A stretch of DNA of 64,000 nt from an uncultured Thermodesulfobacteriota bacterium (GTDB taxonomy: Bacteria; Desulfobacterota; S145-22): the NCBI GenBank assembly GCA_964577975.1, contig CAZOBB010000199.1:7325-71324 (forward strand), read 5' to 3'. Below are positions 19,271 through 28,835 of the stretch, piece by piece. Below the pieces are notes generated by a model that was not told the DNA's origin, ran no database searches, and saw only the letters and a list, made by a program, of their open reading frames with translations. The number at the start of each line of letters is the position of its first letter. Within the stretch, counting starts at the first letter, position 1. A program made the position numbers and the translations under genes.

Positions 19271-21070
19271 TCACCCTTCCACTGAAAGGATGGCGAGAAA
19301 GGCATCCTGGGGAATATCGACCCTTCCTACACGCTTCATCCGTTTCTTCCCTTCTTTTTGTTTCTCAAGCAGTTTCCGCTTACGCGTAATATCCCCCCCA
19401 TAACATTTTGCGGTAACGTTTTTTCTCAATGGCTTTATCGTCTCACGAGCGATAATTTTCGATCCTATGGCCGCTTGGATAGCTACCTCAAAAAGTTGGC
19501 GCGGAATAAATTGCTTGATTCTTTTGATCAAATCCCTCCCCTTTGCGTAGGCTTTGTCCTTGTGGACGATAAGAGACAACGCATCCACGATTTCACCGTT
19601 GATTAAAACGTCCAATCTTACCAGATTTGCCGGTTTGAAGGCAAGAAACTCATAGTCAAACGAGGCATATCCCCTGGTAGACGATTTAAGACGGTCATAA
19701 AAATCGATGACAATTTCATTCAAAGGCAGTTCATACGTCACAACCACTCGATTGGAAGAATAAAATTTTATCTCCTTTTGGACCCCCCGTCTCTCTTCAC
19801 ACAGTTTCAAGACGGTTCCAACGAAATCCGAAGGAATATGTATTGTCCCCAGCATAACAGGTTCCAAAATCGACTGGATTTTCACTGGAGGGGGGAGTTG
19901 GACGGGATTTTCCACCATAACCTTCTTCCCATCGGTCTGAATCACCTCATATCGAACCGTCGGGGCCGTCGTTATCAACTCCAGCTCAAATTCCCTCTCC
20001 AATCGTTCTTGAACGATCTCCATGTGGAGAAGCCCGAGAAAACCACACCGAAAACCGAATCCCAAGGCTAATGATGTCTCCGGCTCAAACCGAAAAGAGG
20101 CGTCATTCAGTTGCAACTTTTCCAACGCATCTTTGAGGTCATCGTACTTCCCGGCATCGACGGGATATAGTCCGCTGAAGACCATCGGTTTAACCTCTTT
20201 AAAACCCGGAAGGGCCTCCGCGGCGGGGCGTTTTTCAGAGGTAATGGTATCCCCAATACGGGTATGGGAAATATCCTTAATGCCCGCTGTCAGGTATCCA
20301 ACCTCTCCTGGCCCCAGCACATCCAACGTTACAGAATGAGGAGCGAACGTACCCACGGAGGTAACCTCATAAACCTTTCCCGTTGACATAAGACGAATGT
20401 CCATTCCTTTGTAAATCCTTCCATCAAAAACACGGACAAGGATGACTACCCCCATGTAGCTATCGTACCAAGAATCAAAAATGAGGGCCTTAAGAGGGTT
20501 ATCCGGCTCCCCCGTCGGAGGTGGAATACGATTGACGATCGCCTCTAAAACCTCCGTAACCCCCGTCCCTTCCTTGGCACTCACCAAGAGCGCCTCCGAA
20601 GGATCGAGACCCACCATTTCATAAATTTCCTGCTTTACCTTGTCAGGATCGGCGCTGGGCAAATCGATTTTGTTGATGACGGGTATGATTTCGAGATCTT
20701 GATCCACCGCCGTGTATACATTGGCCAAGGTTTGCGCCTCCACGCCCTGAGCGGCATCCACTACCAGGATGGCTCCTTCACACGCTGCGAGGCTCCTAGA
20801 CACTTCGTAGGAAAAATCGACATGCCCCGGTGTATCAATAAGATGAAAAATATACGTTTGTCCATCTTTCGCCCGATACCGCATACGGACGGTTTGTGCC
20901 TTTATCGTAATCCCCCGTTCCCTTTCGAGATCCATCTTGTCGAGAAACTGGGCCTTCATCTCACGGGGAGAAACCGTCTGAGTCACCTCCAATAAACGAT
21001 CGGCCAATGTCGATTTCCCATGATCCACATGAGCAATAATGGCAAAATTTCGAATGGCTGTCTGTTTCAT
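19271..21070 (-). CDS. lepA: Elongation factor 4 (LepA)
   Basis: GTP-binding motifs [21 protein letters not shown], and a LepA-specific C-terminal domain. 599 aa. Confidence 0.95.
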   Translation of the reverse strand: MKQTAIRNFAIIAHVDHGKSTLADRLLEVTQTVSPREMKAQFLDKMDLERERGITIKAQTVRMRYRAKDGQTYIFHLIDTPGHVDFSYEVSRSLAACEGAILVVDAAQGVEAQTLANVYTAVDQDLEIIPVINKIDLPSADPDKVKQEIYEMVGLDPSEALLVSAKEGTGVTEVLEAIVNRIPPPTGEPDNPLKALIFDSWYDSYMGVVILVRVFDGRIYKGMDIRLMSTGKVYEVTSVGTFAPHSVTLDVLGPGEVGYLTAGIKDISHTRIGDTITSEKRPAAEALPGFKEVKPMVFSGLYPVDAGKYDDLKDALEKLQLNDASFRFEPETSLALGFGFRCGFLGLLHMEIVQERLEREFELELITTAPTVRYEVIQTDGKKVMVENPVQLPPPVKIQSILEPVMLGTIHIPSDFVGTVLKLCEERRGVQKEIKFYSSNRVVVTYELPLNEIVIDFYDRLKSSTRGYASFDYEFLAFKPANLVRLDVLINGEIVDALSLIVHKDKAYAKGRDLIKRIKQFIPRQLFEVAIQAAIGSKIIARETIKPLRKNVTAKCYGGDITRKRKLLEKQKEGKKRMKRVGRVDIPQDAFLAILSVEG

Positions 21071-21072
21071 GC

Positions 21073-21723
21073 CTACCGTTTAACAATAGTCGCTTTGGAA
21101 ATGCGAAGGGAAGTTTCCCTCAACAATTTACGTTTGGCCCGCTCCGCCTCAGCAATACTCGAAAAAAACCCAACCCATACACGATAGTAAGTTCCCGATC
21201 TTCCCGGAATCGTTACTCGAAGAATATGTGGGGTATATCCGGCTCCTTTCAATGCCTCTGCCATACTCAATGCGCGTTTTTTATCCCGAAACGCTGCGAC
21301 CTGGAGGGCGTAATCCCCTTCCTTTTCCCTGCTGGCATTTGGGAGAGAAGGGGGTGTTTGGCGCTGTCTTTTAGGAATGACAGATCTATTTTTCTTCTTA
21401 ACAGCATCGGGATACACCTCCGCCCCCCCCCGACTGAGCTCTTGATCCCCTACCTTGGTAAGTTGGTCATAGAACGTAATGTCAACCTTCTCTTGATCTT
21501 TCCCTTCACCCGTGTCGGAGGTATCTGGTACCACGTGCTCTGCCTTTTCTCCATAGGCAGTTTCTACCTTTTCGGCAGTGGGCGCCAACCCTTCCCGAAT
21601 GGCATACTCCTTACCGACCACCACTCCAATAAGAAAAAAGATCGTCGAAGAAATGAGAGCCACGATGAGAGTCGTCAAGGGAGAACTCGTTTCCGTTTTC
21701 CTTTCTTTACCTTTCTTCCCCAT
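21073..21723 (-). CDS. SPOR-domain membrane protein
   Basis: N-terminal TM helix and a C-terminal SPOR-like fold ([26 protein letters not shown] ... [22 protein letters not shown]). Confidence 0.7.
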   Translation of the reverse strand: MGKKGKERKTETSSPLTTLIVALISSTIFFLIGVVVGKEYAIREGLAPTAEKVETAYGEKAEHVVPDTSDTGEGKDQEKVDITFYDQLTKVGDQELSRGGAEVYPDAVKKKNRSVIPKRQRQTPPSLPNASREKEGDYALQVAAFRDKKRALSMAEALKGAGYTPHILRVTIPGRSGTYYRVWVGFFSSIAEAERAKRKLLRETSLRISKATIVKR

Positions 21724-21730
21724 CGAACCA

Positions 21731-23389
21731 TCACATCCTTTGTGGCGCCGATATACCTAAGAGATCAAGCCCATTCTGTATGACACGTTTCACGCACTCC
21801 ACAAAGAAAAATCTCGCTTCGCTCAATTCACGATCTTCCGTCAAGACACGGGTGTGATTGTAATAGTGATGAAACATCCCCGAAAGCTCATGAAGAAAAT
21901 AGACCAGACGATGCGGCTCCAAGCTCTCGGCGCTTTGGTAAATCACCTCCGGAAATTTCGCCATTTGTTTCATGAGCCGCTTCTCGCCCGGATGCGTCAA
22001 TTTCTCCCAGGAAACAGAGTCATGCGAGGGACAGGAAATCCCCGCATCTTTCGCTTTCTCCTCAATACTACAAATGCGCGCGTGGGCATATTGAACATAA
22101 TACACGGGATTCTCGTTCGATTGGGATCTTGCGAGATCCAAATCAAAATCGAGAGGAGAATCGGATCGTCGCATGAGGAAAAAGTATCGTGCCGCATCTT
22201 TCCCCACCTCATCCAGCACCTCACGCAGCGTTACAAAAGTCCCTCCCCGCGTGGACATGGAAATCTTCTTCCCCTCGCGGAGAAGGTTGACCAATTGAAT
22301 GAGAACGACTTCCAGTTGTTCGGCCCGATAGCCCAATGCTTCGATCACCCCTTTCATCCTCGGGATATAACCATGGTGGTCCGCTCCCCACACATCGATA
22401 ACCACGTCAAACCCACGCCGAAATTTATCCCAATGGTAAGCGATGTCCGAGGCAAAATAGGTGGTCTCACCATTCTTCCGTATCACCACCCGGTCCTTCT
22501 CGTCTCCGAATTTCGAACTCAAAAACCAGTGAGCGCCCTCCCGTTCGACAATGAAACCACGTTGCCTCAAATCCTCCAGGGCCGCCGTCACCTCGTCTTT
22601 TTCGAAAAGGGAGGCCTCCGAAAACCATACGTCAAACGTTACGCCAAAGGATTCCAAATCACGCTTGATAGAATCGAGAATCTCCCGAGAGGCTATCTCT
22701 CTACAATACCGAACTGCCGTCGCCTCTTCCATTTCCAACAACTCATTCCCCTTCTGTTCCCAGATACGACGCGCGATTCTCCGGATATAGTCTCCCTGGT
22801 AGAAATCCTCAGGAAAGATGATCTCCTCTCCCGCCAGTTCCCGCAGCCGGAGGTACACGGATCGGCCCAAGATGTCCATCTGCCGCCCCACGTCATTGAT
22901 ATAGTACTCCGTTTCCACAGTGTGGCCCACAGCCCGTAAAAGACGCGCAAGAACATCTCCCACCGCCGCTCCACGGCCATGACCCACGTGGAGAGGACCC
23001 GTTGGATTGGCGCTCACAAATTCTACCTGGATTTTCTTCGGGGCCTCGAGCGACGAATGCCCATATTTGGCACCCTGTGACGCAATCTCCCCCAACACAT
23101 CGAACCACGTCTTCTCGGACAACACAAAATTGATAAAACCCGGCCCTGCCACCTCGACTGATGCAAAATAGGAGGTTTCTTCTAATTTTTCTACCAACTT
23201 TTCGGCGATCTGACGGGGATTACGACGTAGAACCGATGCATACTGCATGGCGACGTTGGTCGTGAAGTCTCCAAACTTCTCACTGGTAGGATAATCGATC
23301 GCTACGGCAGGCCTTTCCCCCGAAGAAAATGCCTCGGGAAAAACCTCTTTCATCGCCACTTCAACGATCTTCCGAACCCGGTCTCTCAT
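21731..23389 (-). CDS. argS: Arginyl-tRNA synthetase
   Basis: N-terminal Arg_tRNA_synt_N-like region, HIGH-like motif (PTGPLHVGHGRGA) and DALR anticodon-binding C-terminus. 552 aa. Confidence 0.9.
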   Translation of the reverse strand: MRDRVRKIVEVAMKEVFPEAFSSGERPAVAIDYPTSEKFGDFTTNVAMQYASVLRRNPRQIAEKLVEKLEETSYFASVEVAGPGFINFVLSEKTWFDVLGEIASQGAKYGHSSLEAPKKIQVEFVSANPTGPLHVGHGRGAAVGDVLARLLRAVGHTVETEYYINDVGRQMDILGRSVYLRLRELAGEEIIFPEDFYQGDYIRRIARRIWEQKGNELLEMEEATAVRYCREIASREILDSIKRDLESFGVTFDVWFSEASLFEKDEVTAALEDLRQRGFIVEREGAHWFLSSKFGDEKDRVVIRKNGETTYFASDIAYHWDKFRRGFDVVIDVWGADHHGYIPRMKGVIEALGYRAEQLEVVLIQLVNLLREGKKISMSTRGGTFVTLREVLDEVGKDAARYFFLMRRSDSPLDFDLDLARSQSNENPVYYVQYAHARICSIEEKAKDAGISCPSHDSVSWEKLTHPGEKRLMKQMAKFPEVIYQSAESLEPHRLVYFLHELSGMFHHYYNHTRVLTEDRELSEARFFFVECVKRVIQNGLDLLGISAPQRM

Positions 23390-23528
23390 CTCCTTCTTTT
23401 TTCTCCTCTTCTTCTTTTGGCAAAGACAAATCTCTGGAAAAATCAGGGCAGATATTGGTTTTCATTGTAAAACGTTTCTGACACGTCATTCGCCAGGCGC
23501 ACACGGAACAATACGTTTTTTCAGTCAT
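23361..23528 (-). CDS. Possible small Cys-rich ORF translationally coupled to the CN-hydrolase stop
   Basis: ATG at 23528..23526 overlaps the upstream TGA as ATGA and encodes MTEKTYCSVCAWRMTCQKRFTMKTNICPDF..., with CxxC...C...C spacing. Its last 28 nt overlap the argS N-terminus out of frame, so this is low confidence. Confidence 0.2.
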   Translation of the reverse strand: MTEKTYCSVCAWRMTCQKRFTMKTNICPDFSRDLSLPKEEEEKKEGDERPGSEDR

Positions 23529-24367
23529 CTCTCGGCTTCTCCCTCTGATGTTTCCTCTACCAATGCTCGATACAGCTGAGGCTGCCGATCCTTGAAAACA
23601 GGCCATTGGTTTCTGGCGTTCATCACCTCTTTCAACTCGATATCCGCGATAATCAATCCTTCCGTCTTCCCACTTTCTTCACCTAACAACTCTCCCGTAG
23701 GAGCAACGCAGAAACTCATGCCGTAGAATGTCTGCTTCTCTTCTACACCCACCCGGTTGACCCGAAAGGCATAGTAACCATTCGTAACGGCATGGGACAT
23801 GATCATCGTCTTCCAACGCTGATGGGACAAAAAGGCATTGGCCGTAGGACTAAAAAGGATTTCCGCCCCTCCAAGCCCCAAAATCCTTGCCGCCTCGGGG
23901 AAAAAGTTGTCCCAACAGATTAACACGCCTATCTTCGCATACCGCGTCTCAACCACAGGAAAGCCCAAATCTCCCCGCTCAAAATAGGAGCGTTCCTCCC
24001 ATAAGGGAAACTGTGGAATATGAACCTTTCTGTATCTTCCCGCAATCTCTCCATCAGCATCAATCACAAAGGCCGTGTTGAAAAAACGGCCATCACCCGC
24101 TTTCTCAAAAATGGGGCAGATCAAGACCATTTCTTCCCTCGCTGCAATCTCCCTCATGGCAGTAAGCGTTGTGCCTCCCTCATCTTCCGCAAGGGCGAAA
24201 TAATCTTGATTGATCTCCGCCGGGAACCAGTGTGTATGGAAAAGTTGTGGAAAGCACACTATCCTGACCTCTTTGGACGCGGCGAATTTCAGAAGTTTCA
24301 TCGCCCGCTTTACATTGTAGTCTTTATCCCGTTTACACGCCAGTTGAACTCCTGCAACTCTCAACAT
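23525..24367 (-). CDS. Carbon-nitrogen hydrolase family protein (nitrilase/amidase-like)
   Basis: E-K-C catalytic triad context (VCFPQLF, RYRKVHIP, IGVLICWDNFFPE). The likely start is MLRVAGVQ at 24367. Confidence 0.8.
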   Translation of the reverse strand: MLRVAGVQLACKRDKDYNVKRAMKLLKFAASKEVRIVCFPQLFHTHWFPAEINQDYFALAEDEGGTTLTAMREIAAREEMVLICPIFEKAGDGRFFNTAFVIDADGEIAGRYRKVHIPQFPLWEERSYFERGDLGFPVVETRYAKIGVLICWDNFFPEAARILGLGGAEILFSPTANAFLSHQRWKTMIMSHAVTNGYYAFRVNRVGVEEKQTFYGMSFCVAPTGELLGEESGKTEGLIIADIELKEVMNARNQWPVFKDRQPQLYRALVEETSEGEAER

Positions 24368-24392
24368 CCTTTCTCCACACCTTTCCTCTGGT

Positions 24393-25412
24393 TTACAAAC
24401 GCTTACACCCCAAACCATCTATATCCCACAAAGGCGCAACGGAAAGTATCGTAACGTCCTCCGCCCCCACTCGCCGAACCGAAACGTCCACCGCCGTTTC
24501 ATGTCGTCCCTTTCCGTAACGCGCCACAATCCCTGCTGCCGTCCGTAGTCTTGATCGAGGCCACTCTTTTTGGAGCCCCCTCAATAGTCCCGTGGGACCC
24601 GAAAATCCAACCGCCTTCAGAAAACAATCCCCCTCCCTTGCGAGCGCAGCCAGTCGCTCGTTTTCTCCTTGATTTCGTGCCACCACGAGATGCATGTCAC
24701 CTTCCCACACAAAATGCCTTCCCACATGACACAAAAAAATGTCCTCTACCTCAACTACAGGTTGTGTTTTTACCACATATTCTATTCTTTTGGAAAGGAG
24801 AGGATCCGTAAGGACACACCCTCCCGCCGGAGAAGGATAATCTTCGATCCCAAAAAAACGCGCAAGCTCCATCTGCGGAATCCTTCCCCGACCCGACAGG
24901 GCAAACAATCTATCCCGTTTTACCCATCCCTCCCGCTCCGGATGGGTTTCCGGCAGGAGCTTGGCGCTGAGGGGACGCAAAAGGTAGCCCTCTATCCCCG
25001 ACTCCCGTTCCACAATTCGCATGGTATCCCTTCTCTGAGACATGGGACGTTGACCGACTACCTCTCCAGTCGCGACAAAATCGGCTCCCATCTCCCTCAT
25101 GATTTCCCCAGCCTTCCTCACCATCAATATCTTACAATCGATACAAGGATTGAAATTCTTCCCATACCCATGGGGAGGATTCTTTAACATTGGAATGTAC
25201 TCCCGCGTCAGATCGACAACTTGAAGGTGTATTTTCCACTTATCCCATACCTCTTGTATCAGAGAGGCAGGTGCCTTCAGATAATCACTCCCGAAAAAAG
25301 GAGAAACAAATTGAACAGCTAAAACCTCTACACCCTGAGATTCCAAAATCTTTACAGCAAGAATGCTGTCAAGTCCCCCAGAAAAGAGACAAACCGCTTT
25401 AACAAGTTCCAT
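24393..25412 (-). CDS. PP-loop ATP pyrophosphatase of the ThiI/MnmA thiouridylase-like superfamily (no THUMP domain)
   Basis: SGGLDS PP-loop at residues 11-16, AVQFVSPFF resembling ThiI, and NPCIDCK ... ADFVATGEVVGQ resembling MnmA/ThiI. 339 aa. Confidence 0.65.
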   Translation of the reverse strand: MELVKAVCLFSGGLDSILAVKILESQGVEVLAVQFVSPFFGSDYLKAPASLIQEVWDKWKIHLQVVDLTREYIPMLKNPPHGYGKNFNPCIDCKILMVRKAGEIMREMGADFVATGEVVGQRPMSQRRDTMRIVERESGIEGYLLRPLSAKLLPETHPEREGWVKRDRLFALSGRGRIPQMELARFFGIEDYPSPAGGCVLTDPLLSKRIEYVVKTQPVVEVEDIFLCHVGRHFVWEGDMHLVVARNQGENERLAALAREGDCFLKAVGFSGPTGLLRGLQKEWPRSRLRTAAGIVARYGKGRHETAVDVSVRRVGAEDVTILSVAPLWDIDGLGCKRL

Positions 25413-25418
25413 AAGCTA

Positions 25419-25449
25419 CTAAAAAAGCTAAACACTTGCATGTTTAGCT
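25419..25449 (-). terminator. Intrinsic-terminator-like hairpin between the PP2C gene and the PP-loop gene
   Basis: On the minus-strand transcript, a perfect 9-bp stem AGCUAAACA/UGUUUAGCU with a 6-nt loop is followed by UUUUU. The U-tract ends 9 nt before the ATG of the next gene. Confidence 0.45.
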
Positions 25450-25501
25450 CTCCATCCTCTCTTTCTAACGTGGCCTTTTCTACCAAAGATGGGAAGGAAA
25501 T

Positions 25502-26494
25502 TCAATTATCGTGGAAGCCTTTTCCTTTTTCGCTTTGCCCTTTATTTAAATGAATGGCCTTCTCACAAAAAACGCTCCCTTTTCTAAAAAAGGAAAGAAC
25601 ACGGGCCTTCAACCTCCTCCCCGTGTCGGTTGTCCGACTCCAATACCCTATTCCCCCACATCCCAAGACAAGGAGTATCAGGATAAAAAACACCTTCTTC
25701 AAACGTCTAGAAGCAAGGGGAGTAGAGGCGACACTCGTTTCGAAATGTTTCGTGTTCATCAGCGCGCTTCCTTCCATAACTGCTAATGTAACGGAAATAT
25801 TATCCTTTCCTCCTGCCTCATTCGCCGTCTCCACAAGCTTCCGAACCGCCTCTTTAGGGGAGTTCTCTTCAAGAATTTTCGCAATCTCCCTTTCGCTCAC
25901 TTCGTCGTAAAGACCATCCGAGCACAATAAAATCTTATCTCCCACCTGGAGTTCCATTTGACGAAGATCAAACTCCTGAATCGGTGCAATTCCTACTGCA
26001 TTCACTATTATATGCCGTTTCGGATGCGTTTTTGCCTCTTCAGGACTTAATACCCCTTCCTGCATCATTCTTCTAACCAGCGTATGATCCTCTGTAAGCC
26101 TCTGGAATCTCCCTTTCCGAAGAAGATAGGCTCGACTATCCCCAACATGCAGAAGCGTCAACGTGGAATTTCGGATGATCACGGCGGTAAAAGTCGTGGC
26201 CATGCCTTTACAAGAAGGAGTCGCCTCAATGTAATTCCGGACTTCTTGATTCGCCTTCTGAATAGCATGTTCAAAGAAGTCCCTTGGATCCTCGATTTCC
26301 GTTTCGTTAAACATTCGCCGGAGGGTCTCTACAGCCAAACGGCTCGCGACATCACCACACTTGTGTCCACCCACACCATCCGCCACCACCATCAACAAGG
26401 CGTCACCTTTTGAAAACACAGCACAGAAATCCTGATTTTCCTTCCTCTTTCTTCCTGTATCCGTTAATGAAAATGCTTGAATCCTTTGACGCAT
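25502..26494 (-). CDS. PP2C-family Ser/Thr protein phosphatase with C-terminal TM anchor
   Basis: PP2C motifs (DTGRKRKENQDF, VADGVGGH, LLCSDGL) and a C-terminal hydrophobic helix (VFFILILLVLGCGGIGYW). Confidence 0.85.
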   Translation of the reverse strand: MRQRIQAFSLTDTGRKRKENQDFCAVFSKGDALLMVVADGVGGHKCGDVASRLAVETLRRMFNETEIEDPRDFFEHAIQKANQEVRNYIEATPSCKGMATTFTAVIIRNSTLTLLHVGDSRAYLLRKGRFQRLTEDHTLVRRMMQEGVLSPEEAKTHPKRHIIVNAVGIAPIQEFDLRQMELQVGDKILLCSDGLYDEVSEREIAKILEENSPKEAVRKLVETANEAGGKDNISVTLAVMEGSALMNTKHFETSVASTPLASRRLKKVFFILILLVLGCGGIGYWSRTTDTGRRLKARVLSFFRKGSVFCEKAIHLNKGQSEKGKGFHDN

Positions 26495-26501
26495 AGAAGA
26501 T

Positions 26502-27005
26502 CTAGAGCAATTTAAACTTTAATACCGTATTTCCGATCTTGATGGTATCCCCATCCTTAAGCTGAACCCGATCTATGGATGTACCATTGACCTGCGTGCC
26601 CATATCCGAATCTAAATCCGTCAAAAAGAACTGATCCCCTTTCTTTCGAATACTTACATGCACCCGAGAAAGGCTCTCATCATTCAATCGGATATCGGCC
26701 GCTTCACCGTTTCCTATTAAAAGCTGCCCCATATCCTCAGGAAGGTGAAACTCTTTCCACTGATCCTTCCCTTCGATGATCACCAACCACCCTAAAAAGG
26801 CCTCAACGGGTTCCAATCCTTCCGAAAAGATCTGCGTTTTTTCCAGCGCAGCCTTATCCGAAAAGACGGAGGTCCGCATAGGATCATTGAGGTTTTCAGC
26901 TACAATTTCCGTCTTCATCGTTTCCGACTGATCAATTTCATGGCCACAATCCCTACACACATTCGCTTTATCAGGGATAGTGGCTCCGCAGTAGGGACAA
27001 ATCAT
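26502..27005 (-). CDS. FHA-domain protein with N-terminal zinc ribbon
   Basis: N-terminal CPYCG...CRDCG, and a C-terminal FHA fold (LLIGNGEAADIRLNDESLSRVHVSIRKKGDQFFLTDLDSDMGTQVNG). Confidence 0.8.
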   Translation of the reverse strand: MICPYCGATIPDKANVCRDCGHEIDQSETMKTEIVAENLNDPMRTSVFSDKAALEKTQIFSEGLEPVEAFLGWLVIIEGKDQWKEFHLPEDMGQLLIGNGEAADIRLNDESLSRVHVSIRKKGDQFFLTDLDSDMGTQVNGTSIDRVQLKDGDTIKIGNTVLKFKLL

Positions 27006-27022
27006 TGTTTTCTCCTCCCTTT

Positions 27023-28786
27023 TTAATCACTTGGGAAATACTCATCCCGCCCCGTGGGGGATTCTTCTTCGACGCCTTCCGATGTCCCTTTTTCGCCCGA
27101 TCGTTCCAAGTCCTTTATCGACTTCTTCAGCGACTCAAAAAAATGGCCAATCTGTTTATCAATTGTTACTATCTCCCCCTTTTTCTTCTTTTTCTCTTTA
27201 TTCTTTTTCTTTTCCTCCTTTTCATTATCCTCTTTTTGTCGTGCCTCTTTTTTAAGGTTCTCTTGTCCCCTATTCTGGGCTCCTATGTGCAAAGAACTCT
27301 TTGTCCCTTTCAGTCTTCCTGAAGTATCCATAATTACGACACTGCTTGGGGATGAAATCCTATTTCTCTGTTTCCTTGTAACCCCGAGTGCATGATGTTT
27401 AAGAGGCTTTCCTTTCTTTGCCAATTTTCCCTCAGGAGTCATCTCAATGATTTCCCCTTTCACCGAAGGTGGGCGACGCCACCGCTTCTTCTCTTCAACC
27501 TTAGGGGCTGAACCTTCAGACGTTATCCGACGCTTTTCAGGTGATGAAGCAGGAGAGGTTTCTTCTCCCACCTTTTTTTTTTCAGAAGCTGAACCACTCT
27601 TTTCTGTTTCCCCCTCTTCCTTTCCCTCGGCTCCTTTTTCCAGTTCTTCGAGAATAGGGGTTACATCCTCTTCCTTCTCTCCTTCCTCTTTATCAAATGA
27701 TGATCCTCCCTCTCCACCCTCCACCGTTGAGGTGACTGAAGAAAATGTCGCTTTTCTTTTCAAGACAGGTTCCTTAACAACTGGAATCACAGCCTGTTTT
27801 CTATTAAAATACCAATAGGCGAAGACCGCCAATACAGCTCCGACAATTAAGATACCTACAAGAATCCAAACGAAAGGGGGAATTCCATACCTTTCCATCA
27901 AAGGGACAAGTATCTTCTTGGCCACTTTGGGCTTCGAAACAGGAGGAAAGGAAGCCTTAGATGTAGCTTCTTCCTCTTTAATATCAAGGGCTTTCAGAAC
28001 CTCCTCTGCACTTTGAAAACGTTTTTCGGGATTCTTTTCAAGAAGCTTGAGAATAACCTGCGCGAGGGATTTAGGAAGGTCTTTTCTAATTCTTTTAGGG
28101 TTAGGGGGAGGAGTCTCCGTATGGGCCCTCATAATCTCAAAATCGGAGTTCCCGAAAAATGGCAATTTTCCTGTTACCATTTGGTAGAGGGTTATTCCCA
28201 TCGCATAAAGGTCACTCCGTGCGTCAGCCGGTTTCCCTTTCACCTGCTCTGGTGACATATACCACAAGGTCCCCAAGCGCGTTCCAGCTTTTGTATGGCC
28301 TTGTTCAGTTGTAGCTTTCGCAATCCCAAAATCGGTTACCTTTACCCGTCCCTCTGGAGATATTATGATATTACCGGGTTTAAGATCGCGATGGATCACA
28401 CCCTTGGAATGCATGAAAGAAAGGGCATCTAGGACTTGCCGCGTGATTGCCACTGCCTCTTCGCAAGGAAGAGCCCCCCGCTCCTGGATTATGGTATCCA
28501 ACGTTTTTCCTGCAACAAACTCCATCACCAGGAGCAATCTTCCCTCATACTCCAGCAGATTATGGACATTGACAACATTCGGATGATTCAAGCGGGCCTG
28601 AATTTTCGCCTCCCGAATAAAACGCGATCGCATCTCCGGGTTAGTGGCAAACTCGGGAGAAAGATCCTTGATTGCCACCTCCTGTTCGAGACGCACATGG
28701 ATCCCGCGATACACAACACCCATGCCGCCCGCACCAATCTTCTGCTGAATTTTATAATCCCCTATGACTGCGCCTAATAAAGACAA
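27023..28786 (-). CDS. Hanks-type Ser/Thr protein kinase, single-pass membrane protein with Lys/Glu-rich C-terminal ectodomain
   Basis: Kinase subdomains GAGGMGVVYRG, AIK, HRDLKPGN, DFG and SPEQ. One TM helix (FVWILVGILIVGAVLAVFAYWYF). The C-terminal region is low-complexity K/E-rich and has no PASTA domains. Confidence 0.9.
   Translation of the reverse strand: MSLLGAVIGDYKIQQKIGAGGMGVVYRGIHVRLEQEVAIKDLSPEFATNPEMRSRFIREAKIQARLNHPNVVNVHNLLEYEGRLLLVMEFVAGKTLDTIIQERGALPCEEAVAITRQVLDALSFMHSKGVIHRDLKPGNIIISPEGRVKVTDFGIAKATTEQGHTKAGTRLGTLWYMSPEQVKGKPADARSDLYAMGITLYQMVTGKLPFFGNSDFEIMRAHTETPPPNPKRIRKDLPKSLAQVILKLLEKNPEKRFQSAEEVLKALDIKEEEATSKASFPPVSKPKVAKKILVPLMERYGIPPFVWILVGILIVGAVLAVFAYWYFNRKQAVIPVVKEPVLKRKATFSSVTSTVEGGEGGSSFDKEEGEKEEDVTPILEELEKGAEGKEEGETEKSGSASEKKKVGEETSPASSPEKRRITSEGSAPKVEEKKRWRRPPSVKGEIIEMTPEGKLAKKGKPLKHHALGVTRKQRNRISSPSSVVIMDTSGRLKGTKSSLHIGAQNRGQENLKKEARQKEDNEKEEKKKNKEKKKKKGEIVTIDKQIGHFFESLKKSIKDLERSGEKGTSEGVEEESPTGRDEYFPSD
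27150..27260. repeat. CT-rich low-complexity tract encoding the Lys/Glu-rich kinase tail
   Basis: The plus strand reads ctttttcttctttttctctttattctttttcttttcctcc..., which translates on the minus strand to EKEEKKKNKEKKKKKGE. Confidence 0.6.
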
Positions 28787-28835
28787 GTCCCCCCCTTTAT
28801 CAAAGATCGTTTCGTACTACTCTAAATCCCCCTCC

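Noticed and set aside
21854-22939. 361-aa plus-strand ORF
   Set aside because: Antisense to argS, which carries HIGH/DALR motifs. Judged spurious.
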